From contig CM030332.1 of NCBI GenBank assembly GCA_017654855.1, positions 3,720,001 to 3,784,000 of the forward strand: DNA of 64,000 bases, read 5' to 3'. Each line of letters starts with the position of its first letter. Position 1 is the first letter of the stretch. Shown here one piece after another: positions 25,631-36,566 of the stretch. The translations under genes and the position numbers were made by a program. The DNA comes from Podospora anserina (taxonomy: Eukaryota). The notes beneath the pieces were generated by a model that was not told where the DNA came from, ran no database searches, and was given only the letters and a program-made list of their open reading frames with translations.

Positions 25631-27291
25631 ACTGTTAGCCTGAACAAGCCATACTCTTCACCAGCACCACTTAGCCTGATCCGCCATCAGCCAATCCCCG
25701 GAAACTCAAGCCACCGTTGGGTTGCTGTGCTTGTGACCCCAGGTGAGCAAAAGAAGGCTGATGGATAGTTCACGCCTAACGGAAAGCTAAACCTTGTGCT
25801 GTCAAACCAGAGATTTATCAGTACCAAAAACACACAAAAACACAAAAAGACAACTAGGCTGACACCGGGCCAAATCCAAAACCGCCACGGCTTTACGCGT
25901 ACTTTCATTATCCCCTAACGCGTAGGAACCATGTCTTCCACCACCTCAAGCTTGTCCGATTCAGCCGGGTCCAAGCCAAGGCCACCATCCCCAGATCCCA
26001 GAGGTTCGTCTAGTCCTCCTCCGGTGAATCACGTCAACGATTAGAGGACGGAGAAGATGTTTCGCCAGGACATGTGCCGGGCGGTGGGGCTGTTGTCGGA
26101 ATACAAGGCCCTTTGCAGGCAGGTGAAGGAGATGAGTTTGGAAAGACTGAAGGAGGGTTGGGCTTTGTCGGCGGAGACGAGATTGGGTTGAATTGTTGTT
26201 TGCCGTATTTGACTGGGACGGGGCAGCATGAGGATTATGTCAAGTGGGGGGTTGAGGCGTGCGATGGCTGCGTTGGAGAATTGGATTTCGTTGGTGGAGT
26301 GGGAGGTTGATCGGGAGAAGTGCAGGGTTGAGGAGGGGGGTTGGTGAGGAATTTGGAGAGTTGGGAGGTGAGAGATGGGAAGGGGAAGGGGGAGGTTAAT
26401 GGAGGAGGTGTTGGGGGGGTGAGTGAGGGAGATGTGAGTGAAGGAGAGGCAAGCGTGGGAGGGCCAGAACAGCTTGTTTCCCTTCGTTCCATTCACTTGC
26501 CCAATCTGGTGTGGCAGGGCAAGGTTCTTACTTGTTGTCTCCAAAGGTCGGGGATGTGCAGCGTTATGCGAGTGGATACTGAATACTCTGGCAACAGAGA
26601 GCAGTCAGCAGAGTAATTCGACTCTAGATTTTAAGTGTGGGGGTTTTACTAAAGAGGGGGAGTGAGGGTCTTGTGGAGGTGATTGACATCGGGGGGTGGT
26701 GTTTAAGCGGAAATGCATACCTTGTGTATGGTCTAAAGGGGGATGCTGGCTAAAGTCATGAACAAAATCCAACAAGCGTATCTTTGTTATTTCAGAAGCT
26801 AGAAATTGTATACAGTGCGGAGAAAAACAAGCTGATAGAGCAAAATCCAAGAGTCCTTCGAATAGAGGCCGTCACTGATAGTTGATAGATCTGTGAGACT
26901 CCAAGCCATCCTCTGGGGCTTCCCAGAGAACCACCTGCCGGGACGCTTTTTTAATATATACCTAAGACCCTCTAAAAGGTGGAACTTGATGGCTATCACA
27001 CCTTGCGTATCTGCTTTGCGTGATCCAAGACAGTTGGGGGGACCTTGGCCCGCGAGTAGGAGAGAGTTCTGGGTGCCTGACCAGGTGCCTGCGCGTTTGC
27101 CAATCGAGCACAACGTGTGTATCAAGGAGATTAAACGCGTGACGACGGAGTCGAACGCACCTTCCAACAGAGTCGAACGTACCTCTAAGTGCTCACGGAA
27201 TCGAATGCTAAAAATAGAAAACAAACAAGCAAACCTACTCCTCTTCTGTTTTTGTCTCCATCCACTTTATATCGTGAGCATACCATCCACA

Positions 27292-28234
27292 ATGATGGAT
27301 GAAGAACTATTGAGGATTGTTCGAGAGAGCCCCATCGGAAACAGCCTTGATGGCTTCCGTGTGATGTACACTCTCTCACCAAACTCAACAAACTCGACAA
27401 ACAAACTTCAAGTATGATCATCGCAACTTCGACGCCCTGTGTTTTGCTAACCGTCATACAGATGATGATGTCAAAAACAATGTCCGGAAGGGGTTGACCT
27501 TCGGGCGGAATGCATGGTTGCCACCAAATCGGGTACACTGGCGCCTCATCCTTTCCAAGTATGGGATTTCTATCGAATACGGAGCATCTTCAAAGCTGGC
27601 ATGTACCGCCCTGGCCGACTGTATTGAAGGGCACGAACAGTTGCGGAAGAAAGCCGGCATCCTTCACCGAGATATATCTCTGGGTAATCTCAAGGTGAGC
27701 AAGGAAGATGATCGCGGGTTTTTGATCGACTTGGATCACGCCGTCAAGGAGGAACATCTTCAAGGCTCCGAGCGAATGGTTGGCATACCGACTTTTATGG
27801 CCAACGGGGCACTCGAGGGTAAGCAGCACTGGTTCATGCACGACCTTGAGTCATTTTTTTGGGTGTTGTTCTGGATTCGCATCCACCACGGAGGAATGGG
27901 CGAAGATTTAAGCCACGATCTCCGGGATCTCTACAAGTGGTGGCACTACGAGAGCGCGAGCTGGGTAGCAAACGTCAAACTTGGACTTGTGGCCTTGGAG
28001 GAGAGGTTTACGAGAAAGGTCAACGAGCAAATCGGGCCACGCCATGCTTCGCTTGCCCCGGCGCTAAATGAGCTGCAACAAGTGGTGTTTTTTGAAGACG
28101 AAGAACAGAGATTATTGCGGGGCCGGGAAGACGAGAACCTCTATGCGTTGATGAAGGAGATTCTGAGGCGGGATAGGGGGGTTGTTATTATCGAGGACGC
28201 TGTAAAGGATGGTGAAAAGGTTTTGGTAAGATGA
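27292..28234 (+). pseudogene. Fungal-type protein kinase (FunK1/Pkinase_fungal) relic, internally deleted and frameshifted
   Basis: N-terminal MMDEELLRIVRESPIGNSLDGFR; intron 27412-27461; then DDVKNNVRKGL, NRVHWRLIL, GILHRDISLGNL, GFLIDLDHAV, GIPTFMA, HDLESFFWVLFW. Exon 1 from the ATG is out of phase with exon 2, and no kinase N-lobe is visible. Confidence 0.75.
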
Positions 28235-28907
28235 TGGTTAGGAGGTTTTTGAGATGGTTAGGATATCTGTGAGGATAGCCAATTGGCCTGTGAAGATAGT
28301 CGAAGGGGTTTTCAGATGTGAGGATATGTTGATGTAATCTTTTGAGGCCTTGTTCTTGGGAATAAGGGCGAAAGATAGTGATTAGACCTTACGTCCACTT
28401 GATACCCTTTTAAAGATAGTTGGCGGGTCTTTAATGTGAATTGTCGGCCTTCAAGAGACACTCGGTAGAGGTGTCTTCCACCCTCTAAAGCCTTGATTTC
28501 ACATAGAGTGCCTAATTATCTGGTGGACGAAGAGAGATGACTCTACATACTAACACATAAACCATGCCGGATAGAAAGTTGAGAGGCCTTCTGATATCTG
28601 TCATGGGCCTGGTATTGGTCACTGCTTGGCTATGGCTAGCAGTATTACACAAGGGCCGGAGATGTGCGTCCGCCAAATATGTCGTCACCTCTTAGCCAAG
28701 AGGGGTCTATTGTGTTGGATAGATTGGGTATAGATGGACCAGTCAAACTCGTGTGATTTGTTGGCTAACCATCCCCTGGACCCCGGAGAGCGGCGAAAAT
28801 ATAACCAGATGTGGAATTAGCCGTTCGTTGAACTCTTCCGTAATGACAATGACTACCCTATTTTGATGCTGTTCCGTGACTGCATGATTGTTTAGACGAG
28901 GGTCGGT

Positions 28908-28940
28908 ACCAAGAGTTAGACCAAGAGTTAGACCAAGAGT
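28908..28940. repeat. 12-bp tandem repeat (ACCAAGAGTTAG) x ~2.8
   Basis: Read directly from the sequence. Confidence 0.8.
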
Positions 28941-30513
28941 GGCAGTCATGGTATTATTCGGCCTTTGGAATCAAGTTCCGCAATGAGGAATCAATTGTGC
29001 TGTCAAGATACCAAGATGTTTCCTTTGGAAGGTGACCAGTAGCTTGAAACACGTTGGCGATGGCTGCCAAGAAACGGGTAGCCGCCTGCCAGACCGTTTG
29101 CTGCACGGTTGAAGGGTTGCTATTGGTGCAGCGCCGTGCAGTTGCCCCACCCACTCCCTTTTTGGAACTGGGATACGATCTGCGATCTCTCCCTTGGGCA
29201 TCCAGTGATTGCCGCTGCACGTTTTCCTTGGCTTGACTTGGACTTTTCTTGACTGGGCTTTTGGGGATGGGACAGCTGGGGGGGGGGAGTGTTGGCCAGT
29301 CGAGGAGAGACGGTGACAAACTCGGTGATATTGGGTGCCCAATCAAGAAGAAAGCTCGCGCTATAGTCAAGTAATGACACAAGTCCGACTGTTCATCCCT
29401 CAGTCTTGGAGGCTGAGATCACCAGTCGATCAGATCCCTAGTTCCGAGGGGTAAGGAAAACGAAAAAAAAAGAAGGCAGATATCCAGGGGTTAGACGCAC
29501 CCGCGTGGCTGGAAAGTAGAAACAAATAGAGAGGGAAACACAATGGGAGGGAGGGCCTATCACGGAGGTTCGCAGGCAGGCCGCAGACGACCTGAGCCAT
29601 GCGGGAGGATGGGCCGCAGCACCCAACACCTCACCACCACCACCAGGCAATGAACATTCTTCACATTCGGACTTGATATGAAATGCAAAGAGTTTATTTA
29701 CAGTTACAAGACAGGGAAGGCAAGCCCATGACTGCGGCCGCTTTTTTTCTTGGGTGCTGAGGTGGCTATCAAACATATTTTGAGAGGAACGACAACCACT
29801 TACATGATGGGAAGGTGTGGGACTAGGGTCGTTACCATCGCGCTTGCCTGCATTTCTTGTGCTTTTGTCTTCACCAGTCGGACCCTTCAGCCTGGGCCAC
29901 CCGTCTCCGCCTCCTCCGCCGCCGGTTGTGTTTTTCTGTAGGTCGGTATCCATGTCTCTCTTTTTTTTCTCGAGGTTGTACCAATGGGGGCCGGGTGGTT
30001 GTCAACCACGCCTCTCCGAGCCTCCTCCCCTGTTCATTTCCCCAAGATGCAGGTAGGTGTGACTTTGCCTTTGTAGCTGCTGACTGCTGCTGCTGCTCTT
30101 GTCGCCATTGATAAATATAAATCACATTGCCCGCTTGCCCTTGCTCTTCCTCTTCTTTTGCTCTTTCCCGTTTACCGACTTGCTCTTGTGTTTCCGTTTT
30201 TCTTTTCGTTCCGTCTCATCAAGAGCTTGGGTGTTCCCAATATACACAAAGAGCTTGCGTCATATTCTTTGGGTTTTCCCAATTTCCCGCCTTATTAATA
30301 AAACAAGCACGCACGCTCGACCTTGTGTGTGTGTGTGACGAGAGTCTTGCTTGTTCGTCCGACATTACCCTTGCTTGGCTAGCTACCAGACCTTTTATCA
30401 TTCCTCGTGCTCCCCTTGGAGAAAGGGTATAAAGTAGCCTTCTGTTCCGCCCCCCCTGCGTAACACACCACCCTCGGTTACCTTTCCTACAGCACCTACA
30501 ACACACCACAACA

Positions 30514-31466
30514 ATGCGTGTCTCGAACAACCTCTCCCTTGTCCTCCTCGCTGCCGGCGTGACAGCCCAGTCGGTCGAGCCTGAGACAGGCGTATGTTCT
30601 CCCTATTCCGAACCAATTGACCTCGAACATCACTGACTGGTATCGTGTAGAAACTCGGCGATGCCACCATCGTAAGCAACAACCCCGTCGGGGTCGTGTA
30701 CAAGGCCGTCCTGCCGGCGGAGGCTTGGTTCAAGCCGGCGTATCCAGATGGGGGGAATATCGAGGGGGAGGTCACTGCTGTGGCTGCCGAGTCGGGGGAG
30801 GGAGTGGTGTACACATACAAGCTCTCCAACCTGCCCAAGGAGGGCGGGCCGTTTCGTATGTCTTTTCTTTTTCGTTACCCCCCCACCCCATATGGCATCG
30901 TTGTTAACACTTATGATGTAGCCTACCACCTCCACGTCGCCCCTGTCCCCGCCGACGGGAACTGCACCGTCACGCTCGCCCACTTGGATCCGTTTATCCG
31001 TGGGGAAAACACGTCTTGCAACCCGTTTGCTCCGCAGACGTGCCAGGTTGGGGATTTGAGCGGCAAGTTTGGGGAGATCAGACCTGAGGAGGATGGGACG
31101 TGGGAGACGACGTATACGGACTTGTACTCGTCGACGCTTGAGGGGTTGGGAAGTTTCTTTGGGAACAGGAGCATCGTGTTTCATTATCCTAACAAGACTA
31201 GGATTAGCTGTGCCAACTTTGAGAAGGTGGAAGGGGGGGTGAGCAGCAGTGCGACGGTGCTGCCGACGGTGACGGGTAATGGGAGTTATACTATTTTGCC
31301 TACGGGGGGTGTGAGCACTACTACCGGAGGGGGGCCGAGCACCACGAGTGATGCGGGGGCTGGGACGGAGACGACCACGTCGCCTCCTTTGAGTGGAGCT
31401 GCTGGGTTGAGGGGGAGTGCGGTTGGGGCGTTGGTTGTGGGGGCGGTGGTTATGTTTATGTTGTAA
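30514..31466 (+). CDS. Secreted, GPI-anchored copper-only superoxide dismutase (SOD4/5/6-like)
   Basis: Exons 30514-30591, 30651-30855, 30922-31466. Signal peptide; GPFPYHLH, NCTVTLAHLDP, CQVGDLSGKFG, RSIVFHYPNKTRISCANF; Ser/Thr stalk and hydrophobic C-terminus. TATAAA near 30428. Confidence 0.9.
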
Positions 31467-32261
31467 AGAGGGTAAAGGTGATGGAGGGTGAGAGGATTGA
31501 GGCGTTGGGGGGCGTATTAAATTGGTTTTTCTTTTCTTGCTTGAGATTCTTTGGTAGATGAAAGCTAGGTTTATTGTGTTGCTTTGGGCATGGTTAATTT
31601 GGGAGGGAATGAAGGATTATGATAGGGTAATGTTTATAGCTGAATGCAATGGTCTTGATATGTTAATGGGAGAGAGGGGGCTGTGACTTGGTAATGGTGG
31701 TGATTGCAACTCAGAGGGGCTCTCGATCGAGTAGTGCCTTGAAAAGTATGTTGAAACTGGAATTGGCAACTGAAATCCAAGTGACGGTGATAATGTGTCA
31801 TTGTTATGGTCATTTCGGACCGTAATAAGAGTGTCGTGGTGTGTTGTTGCTGCATGGTGGTAGTCATGATGATTGTGATTTTGTCTTTTGCCAGAGGTCA
31901 AAGGAGGTCAGTTACTGTGGGGAGAAGGTTTGTTTTCAATGTCTGGAATATCGAGAGCAGATGATGCTAGAAAAGTGATGTGCTATGAGTATGATGGGGA
32001 GTGTGTTGGGACTTGAGCAGCGTCTTTCTGCTCTCTTCGGTCATCGAGGCAATGCGTTGGTACTGCCGGGGAGTACAGGGACATGTTTCTCACCTAGCTA
32101 CCTATATTACCTAGGTAATACCCAAGCTATCTAGTTGCTTCAGAGAGGAGGGATTCGAAGGAATAGGTGTGTAGATTTGCAGACGAGCAGTCTCCTTCTA
32201 ATGTCTAGGATGACGATAGTGCATGGCGGTATGGGTTGATCTTTTTTCTTCGCACTTTGTA

Positions 32262-32635
32262 AGAGAGAACATGCACGGAGCCCCTTAATTATCTTGCCAA
32301 CATCCCCCCTTTAATATAAGATTTAACTATATTTGGAAGCATAATTATTGAGGGTTGAAAGGTATTTAATAGACTCTAAAAGATAGTTAAAAGACGATAT
32401 AAGGTACTTAAGAGGCCTGGAAAGATAGTTAAGAGGCCTTGAAAGATGGTTAATAGGGCTTAAAAGATAGTTTAAGGGCTTTAAAAGATAGTTCGAAGGC
32501 CATTAAAGATAAATCAAACGCTTATTATTTTTCCCTAAAAGCATTTTATTACATTATATTATAGGAAAGGTAAGTCAATAGGTAGGCAAGGGAGCACTAA
32601 TAAGATCAATAAGGGGCCCCCTCAAGGTTCTCTCC
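32262..32635. mobile_element. Non-autonomous TIR DNA element, copy B (inverted relative to copy A, more RIP-like decay)
   Basis: TIRs AGAGAGAACATGCACGGAGCCCCTTAATTATCTT / AAGATCAATAAGGGGCCCCCTCAAGGTTCTCTCC. Flanks TTTGTA (32256-32261) and TTTTTA (32636-32641). Internal ~21-bp tandem units like AAAGATAGTTAAGAGGCCTTG at about 32378-32510. Confidence 0.8.
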
Positions 32636-35600
32636 TTTTTAAATAAGAGGCGGGTTTCATTATTTGGGAGGGGAACTCACGGATGGGGTGCTGGTGTTGA
32701 TGTAAAAGAATGGAAGTCCAGTAGTCGAAAAGAAAACAGGGACGAGGGCAGTGCTGCTAGTAAGAGTATAGATCTACCATAGATAACTGCTCGGGACGCC
32801 GAGTACTTCTCTTTAAGAGCTCAATAATGGGTGATGCAGGGGTTGTGACCGTTGAGCGATCTGGGGGGGTGATTGGAGTTGCTGTTGGAAGGAAGTTGGG
32901 GTTAAGAGGTGAGGGCTGTGAGGCGAGAGTGAGATGTGAAAAGTTAGCTTTTGCCAACATGAGTGGAGAGTGAAGAGAAATTTCGTGTCAAAGCATGATC
33001 TATACCGAGGCACTTGCTTCTGAACGACCGATGGTGTTTTTGCTGAGTCCTGGGTGAGGTGAGGTTTCGATCTGTGTAAGTGGGTTAGGGTTGTGGGTCA
33101 GGATATCAGCTTGGGTGAGCTATGTCAGGGAAAGGAAATATGAAAGAAACGTCCTTCAAGACGTATGTTGGAAAGCACTGAAACTTTTCATTAGCACTTG
33201 TCTTGACAGTGATACCAAATCTCATGATGGCTCCGAAGCTGCTCGGCTTGCTCTACCTACACGTGGTGCGCAAAATTGTTCCAAGAGTGATACTGTTCCA
33301 CATCCGATAGTGAGGCAATAATTCATCATGAAAAAAAAGAAAACAGAAGCCTCATTGTTGCGAGACTGGACCTTGAGATGCTCATTGGTTCCAGTGGCCA
33401 TCCCTTGAGCGGAACTGGCCCCGCGTCAACTGCGCTTCGACCGCGGCGGCGGCAGTATCCGACATTTCCTGAGCCGGCAAGGAACCCGTATCGGATCGTG
33501 AGGCTGTGGCACATCGGACCGGAAGCCTTGGTGTCTCCTCGGCTCCATGTGAGCTTGACGATGAGAGGCAGGTACCTTGCCTGATCGCCTGATCGACTGA
33601 TGAAGCGGGTGATGGCTAGAGGATTTGTTGACTGGATTCCCGGTTTGCTACCCCAGCTATGCTAGTGGTGGCCTTCAAGGTGCTCGCAGACCTCCAAAAA
33701 CTTGATGATATGCAAGCGAGCCCTGGCAGGCTGAACGCTGGGGAGGTTTGGGGGTGTTGCTAACTTTTTTGGGGAAGCCGGCAGTTCTTTCCGGGGGTTC
33801 CTGGCGGCGATCATTTTTTTAGTGGGGCTACCCGCTGCGGGTTCATGCTGAAGAAACCCGCTGTGGGGTTGTCGACCTGGGTTCCCGGTGTAGCATGGTT
33901 ACAACCTCATCAATTGAGATGTCGACTGGCAGCGGTGATGTTCAGGCACGGAAAGCCATAGCAGCTGTGCAACCTGCCGCGGGAGCGCATTAATTCTCCT
34001 GATATTGGGATCGATGACGAGGCATCCAGTGAAGAGCTCGAGGTGAGTGGGAGGGAGGAGGGATCGAGGTTCCAGGGTGTGGTTGGCTGCCGTTGGTGTT
34101 ACATCGAATGCAGTGCTGATCAATGTCTCAGTCTCAGCTGTTTTTTTCCTTGTGAAAACCCTCCTCGGATCTGGACTACCAGCGTTGCTGGCGACTCATG
34201 ATGGACATCTTCTTTCTTTTGCTCTTGTCGCAATCATCATGATGGTATCCGACGCTGTGGTAGTGGCCATGCTCAGCAATAATACCCCGGGAAGAGGCTG
34301 GGGTGATTAGCTCCGAGGATTGGCCGGCCAAGGAGCCTTTGACAAACGACAGTCTTGATCTGAGAGTTGTCGGTCAGTAGCTAAGTACACAACTACAGTA
34401 CAGTACTAGTGAGCCATTGGAACTGACTTGATCAAGATAGATAGTTAGGAGTCGAGGTGGAGTCATGAACACACCCTGTATTCGGCCGAGAGAAACCTTA
34501 TCGTCGGGACTCTCGTAATCTTTGCCAGGGTGCTTTCCAGGCGCCTGGTCTGCCATCCTCAAGTATGTAGAGACCGAGCCTTGCTTGACCGACGACTGCC
34601 GAGTTTCCCTGGAGAGATATCTTCAGAAGTCAATGGAACCTAGCTGTCGATCTACACCATCAATGCCCTTTCGGTCAGGTCACGGTTCACGCTAGGTTAC
34701 CACCGGTGCGGACAAAAAGCATCTTGGCTGGTCTGGCGATCCTGCCGGCAGCTGCGATCTCTTGGATGGTGGGGCTGCAGACTAGTGTATGATATCGTAG
34801 ACTGGAGCTAACATCCTCAACAGATAGACCCCACGACGAGCGACACGCATACGTACACGCAGCCGAATGAGGAGATCTACCGCAAACGACCAGTCGTGGC
34901 GTTCTGTCATCTTGGAATCCAGCTGCCAACTGCAACCCTCAACACCACCCTCCTCTTCCGAAAGGAGAAAAGGCCTCCTGCAACATCAACCCATGTTGCC
35001 CTTTTGATCTCATATCGGCGACCGTCACGTCCCCGGGTGCAGTTGGAACCCTGCCTTCTTCTCAAAGCGGTCAACTGATGGCAAGAATCGAGGTGAATCC
35101 GGTCGCTCTCCAAACTGCCGTTGTCCCTCGGTCACAGTTGGTTAGGGCGAACTCGTACCCTGCAGGTAATACTTGAAGAAGCGCTTACACTCGATGACCA
35201 ATGGTCTCTCAAGACCAGGATGGCTCTTACTACACCTCCCTGTGATATTGACTGGATACATATCCTGGGGTCGTCGTCCGGTTTCCGAGCAATCTCTTTG
35301 CAGATCAGGCCAGCCAATCCGCTCTTGTGGTCCCGCAGCCGGCTCAGTTGCTTTAGTCACCTCTACCGTCACCGTGATGGTTCAGCTGAGACATCGCAAC
35401 GCTCTCAATGCCCGCCAAACGGGAGGGATATGATCTGTGGCCAAGCATCAAGATTGTACATTCATGTCCCGAGGGTATTCAGCGAGGGGCTGTGCCGTGA
35501 GGGTGTTTAGCACTCTGGACTGTTGTATATTGGAATCAGAGACGAACTACCGACTACGCACAAGACCTTTGATCGCCATCTGTTGGGTTGTTCGCCGCAG

Positions 35601-36566
35601 CATCATGATCAAAATCCGTTCCAACCACGCTCCCCAGCTTACCACATGCGCTGATAACGTGGCGAGCCATGAAGCACCCGCAGCCAACTGCATACGTTGG
35701 AAGGACAGGGTCTAACGAGACAGGATGTCAACCCCTCTGCTGGGACTCGCGCCGTATCCCCGTGTTCACGTTTCTTCAGCAAAGAGAGACAATTCTGCAA
35801 GATCCGCTGACAGGATGTTGCACGTTGGAACACAGCCGCTCGGGGACCTCCTGTCAATATTCTGCAACCCTTCTATCCTGTCCCATCGGCGATCCTTTGA
35901 GACATCTAGATGTTCCCTCGGTCTGGTGTCCAGCTATTTCCAGTGAATCTAGGTGACTGGAGTGCTCCAGAATTGCCGTGAATGGAGCAGTATCGAAGAA
36001 ACAACCGCCTAGAATAAGACTCAGTAGTATTCTACATGCGGAGGTGGTCTATCCCACTGCTCCCTTGTTACGACTGGCTATCACCCAGGTTCTTCGCCGG
36101 TCTTGGTGTAGAATAGTGCCTGTCGAGCCCCCCCACACCGATTCCACTCCATTTCCCCCGGTCCTACCAACACCCCCTGCCCACCTGGACGGAGTAGGAG
36201 GGTGGGATGATGACCGGTCAACGACCAACGGTGATGACCATCTTGCCCTCCAAGTGCGCCGGCACCGCCACCGATTCACCCGGGAACACCCACCCATAGC
36301 GAGCGTTTGGCCTTCTCCTTGTTACGCAAGCTGTCAAGCTCAAGAGATAACCTATCGGATGGTGTATCGTCTCGGCTGTCGTGTCGCCCCGGCAGAGGTG
36401 GGCATCTTCGGGTGGGAGATCAACATGAACTCGGAGAAACTTTACATGGCACTATCAGGGGGTGTACAAATATTTAAAGGGTTGATCTCGTCCTCGTCCC
36501 CCACACTAGGTCAGGCACACGTCCAACCAACTTCTCTTTCACCATCATAGTGTGAATTTCGTCATT

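Noticed and set aside
32378-32510. Regularly spaced ~21-bp repeats as a CRISPR-like array
   Set aside because: Degenerate tandem units without unique spacers, inside a TIR element in eukaryotic DNA; no cas genes.
33900-36550. Possible decayed gene upstream of the sulfurase-like gene
   Set aside because: Only short ORFs with no recognisable family motif; BLASTX would be needed.
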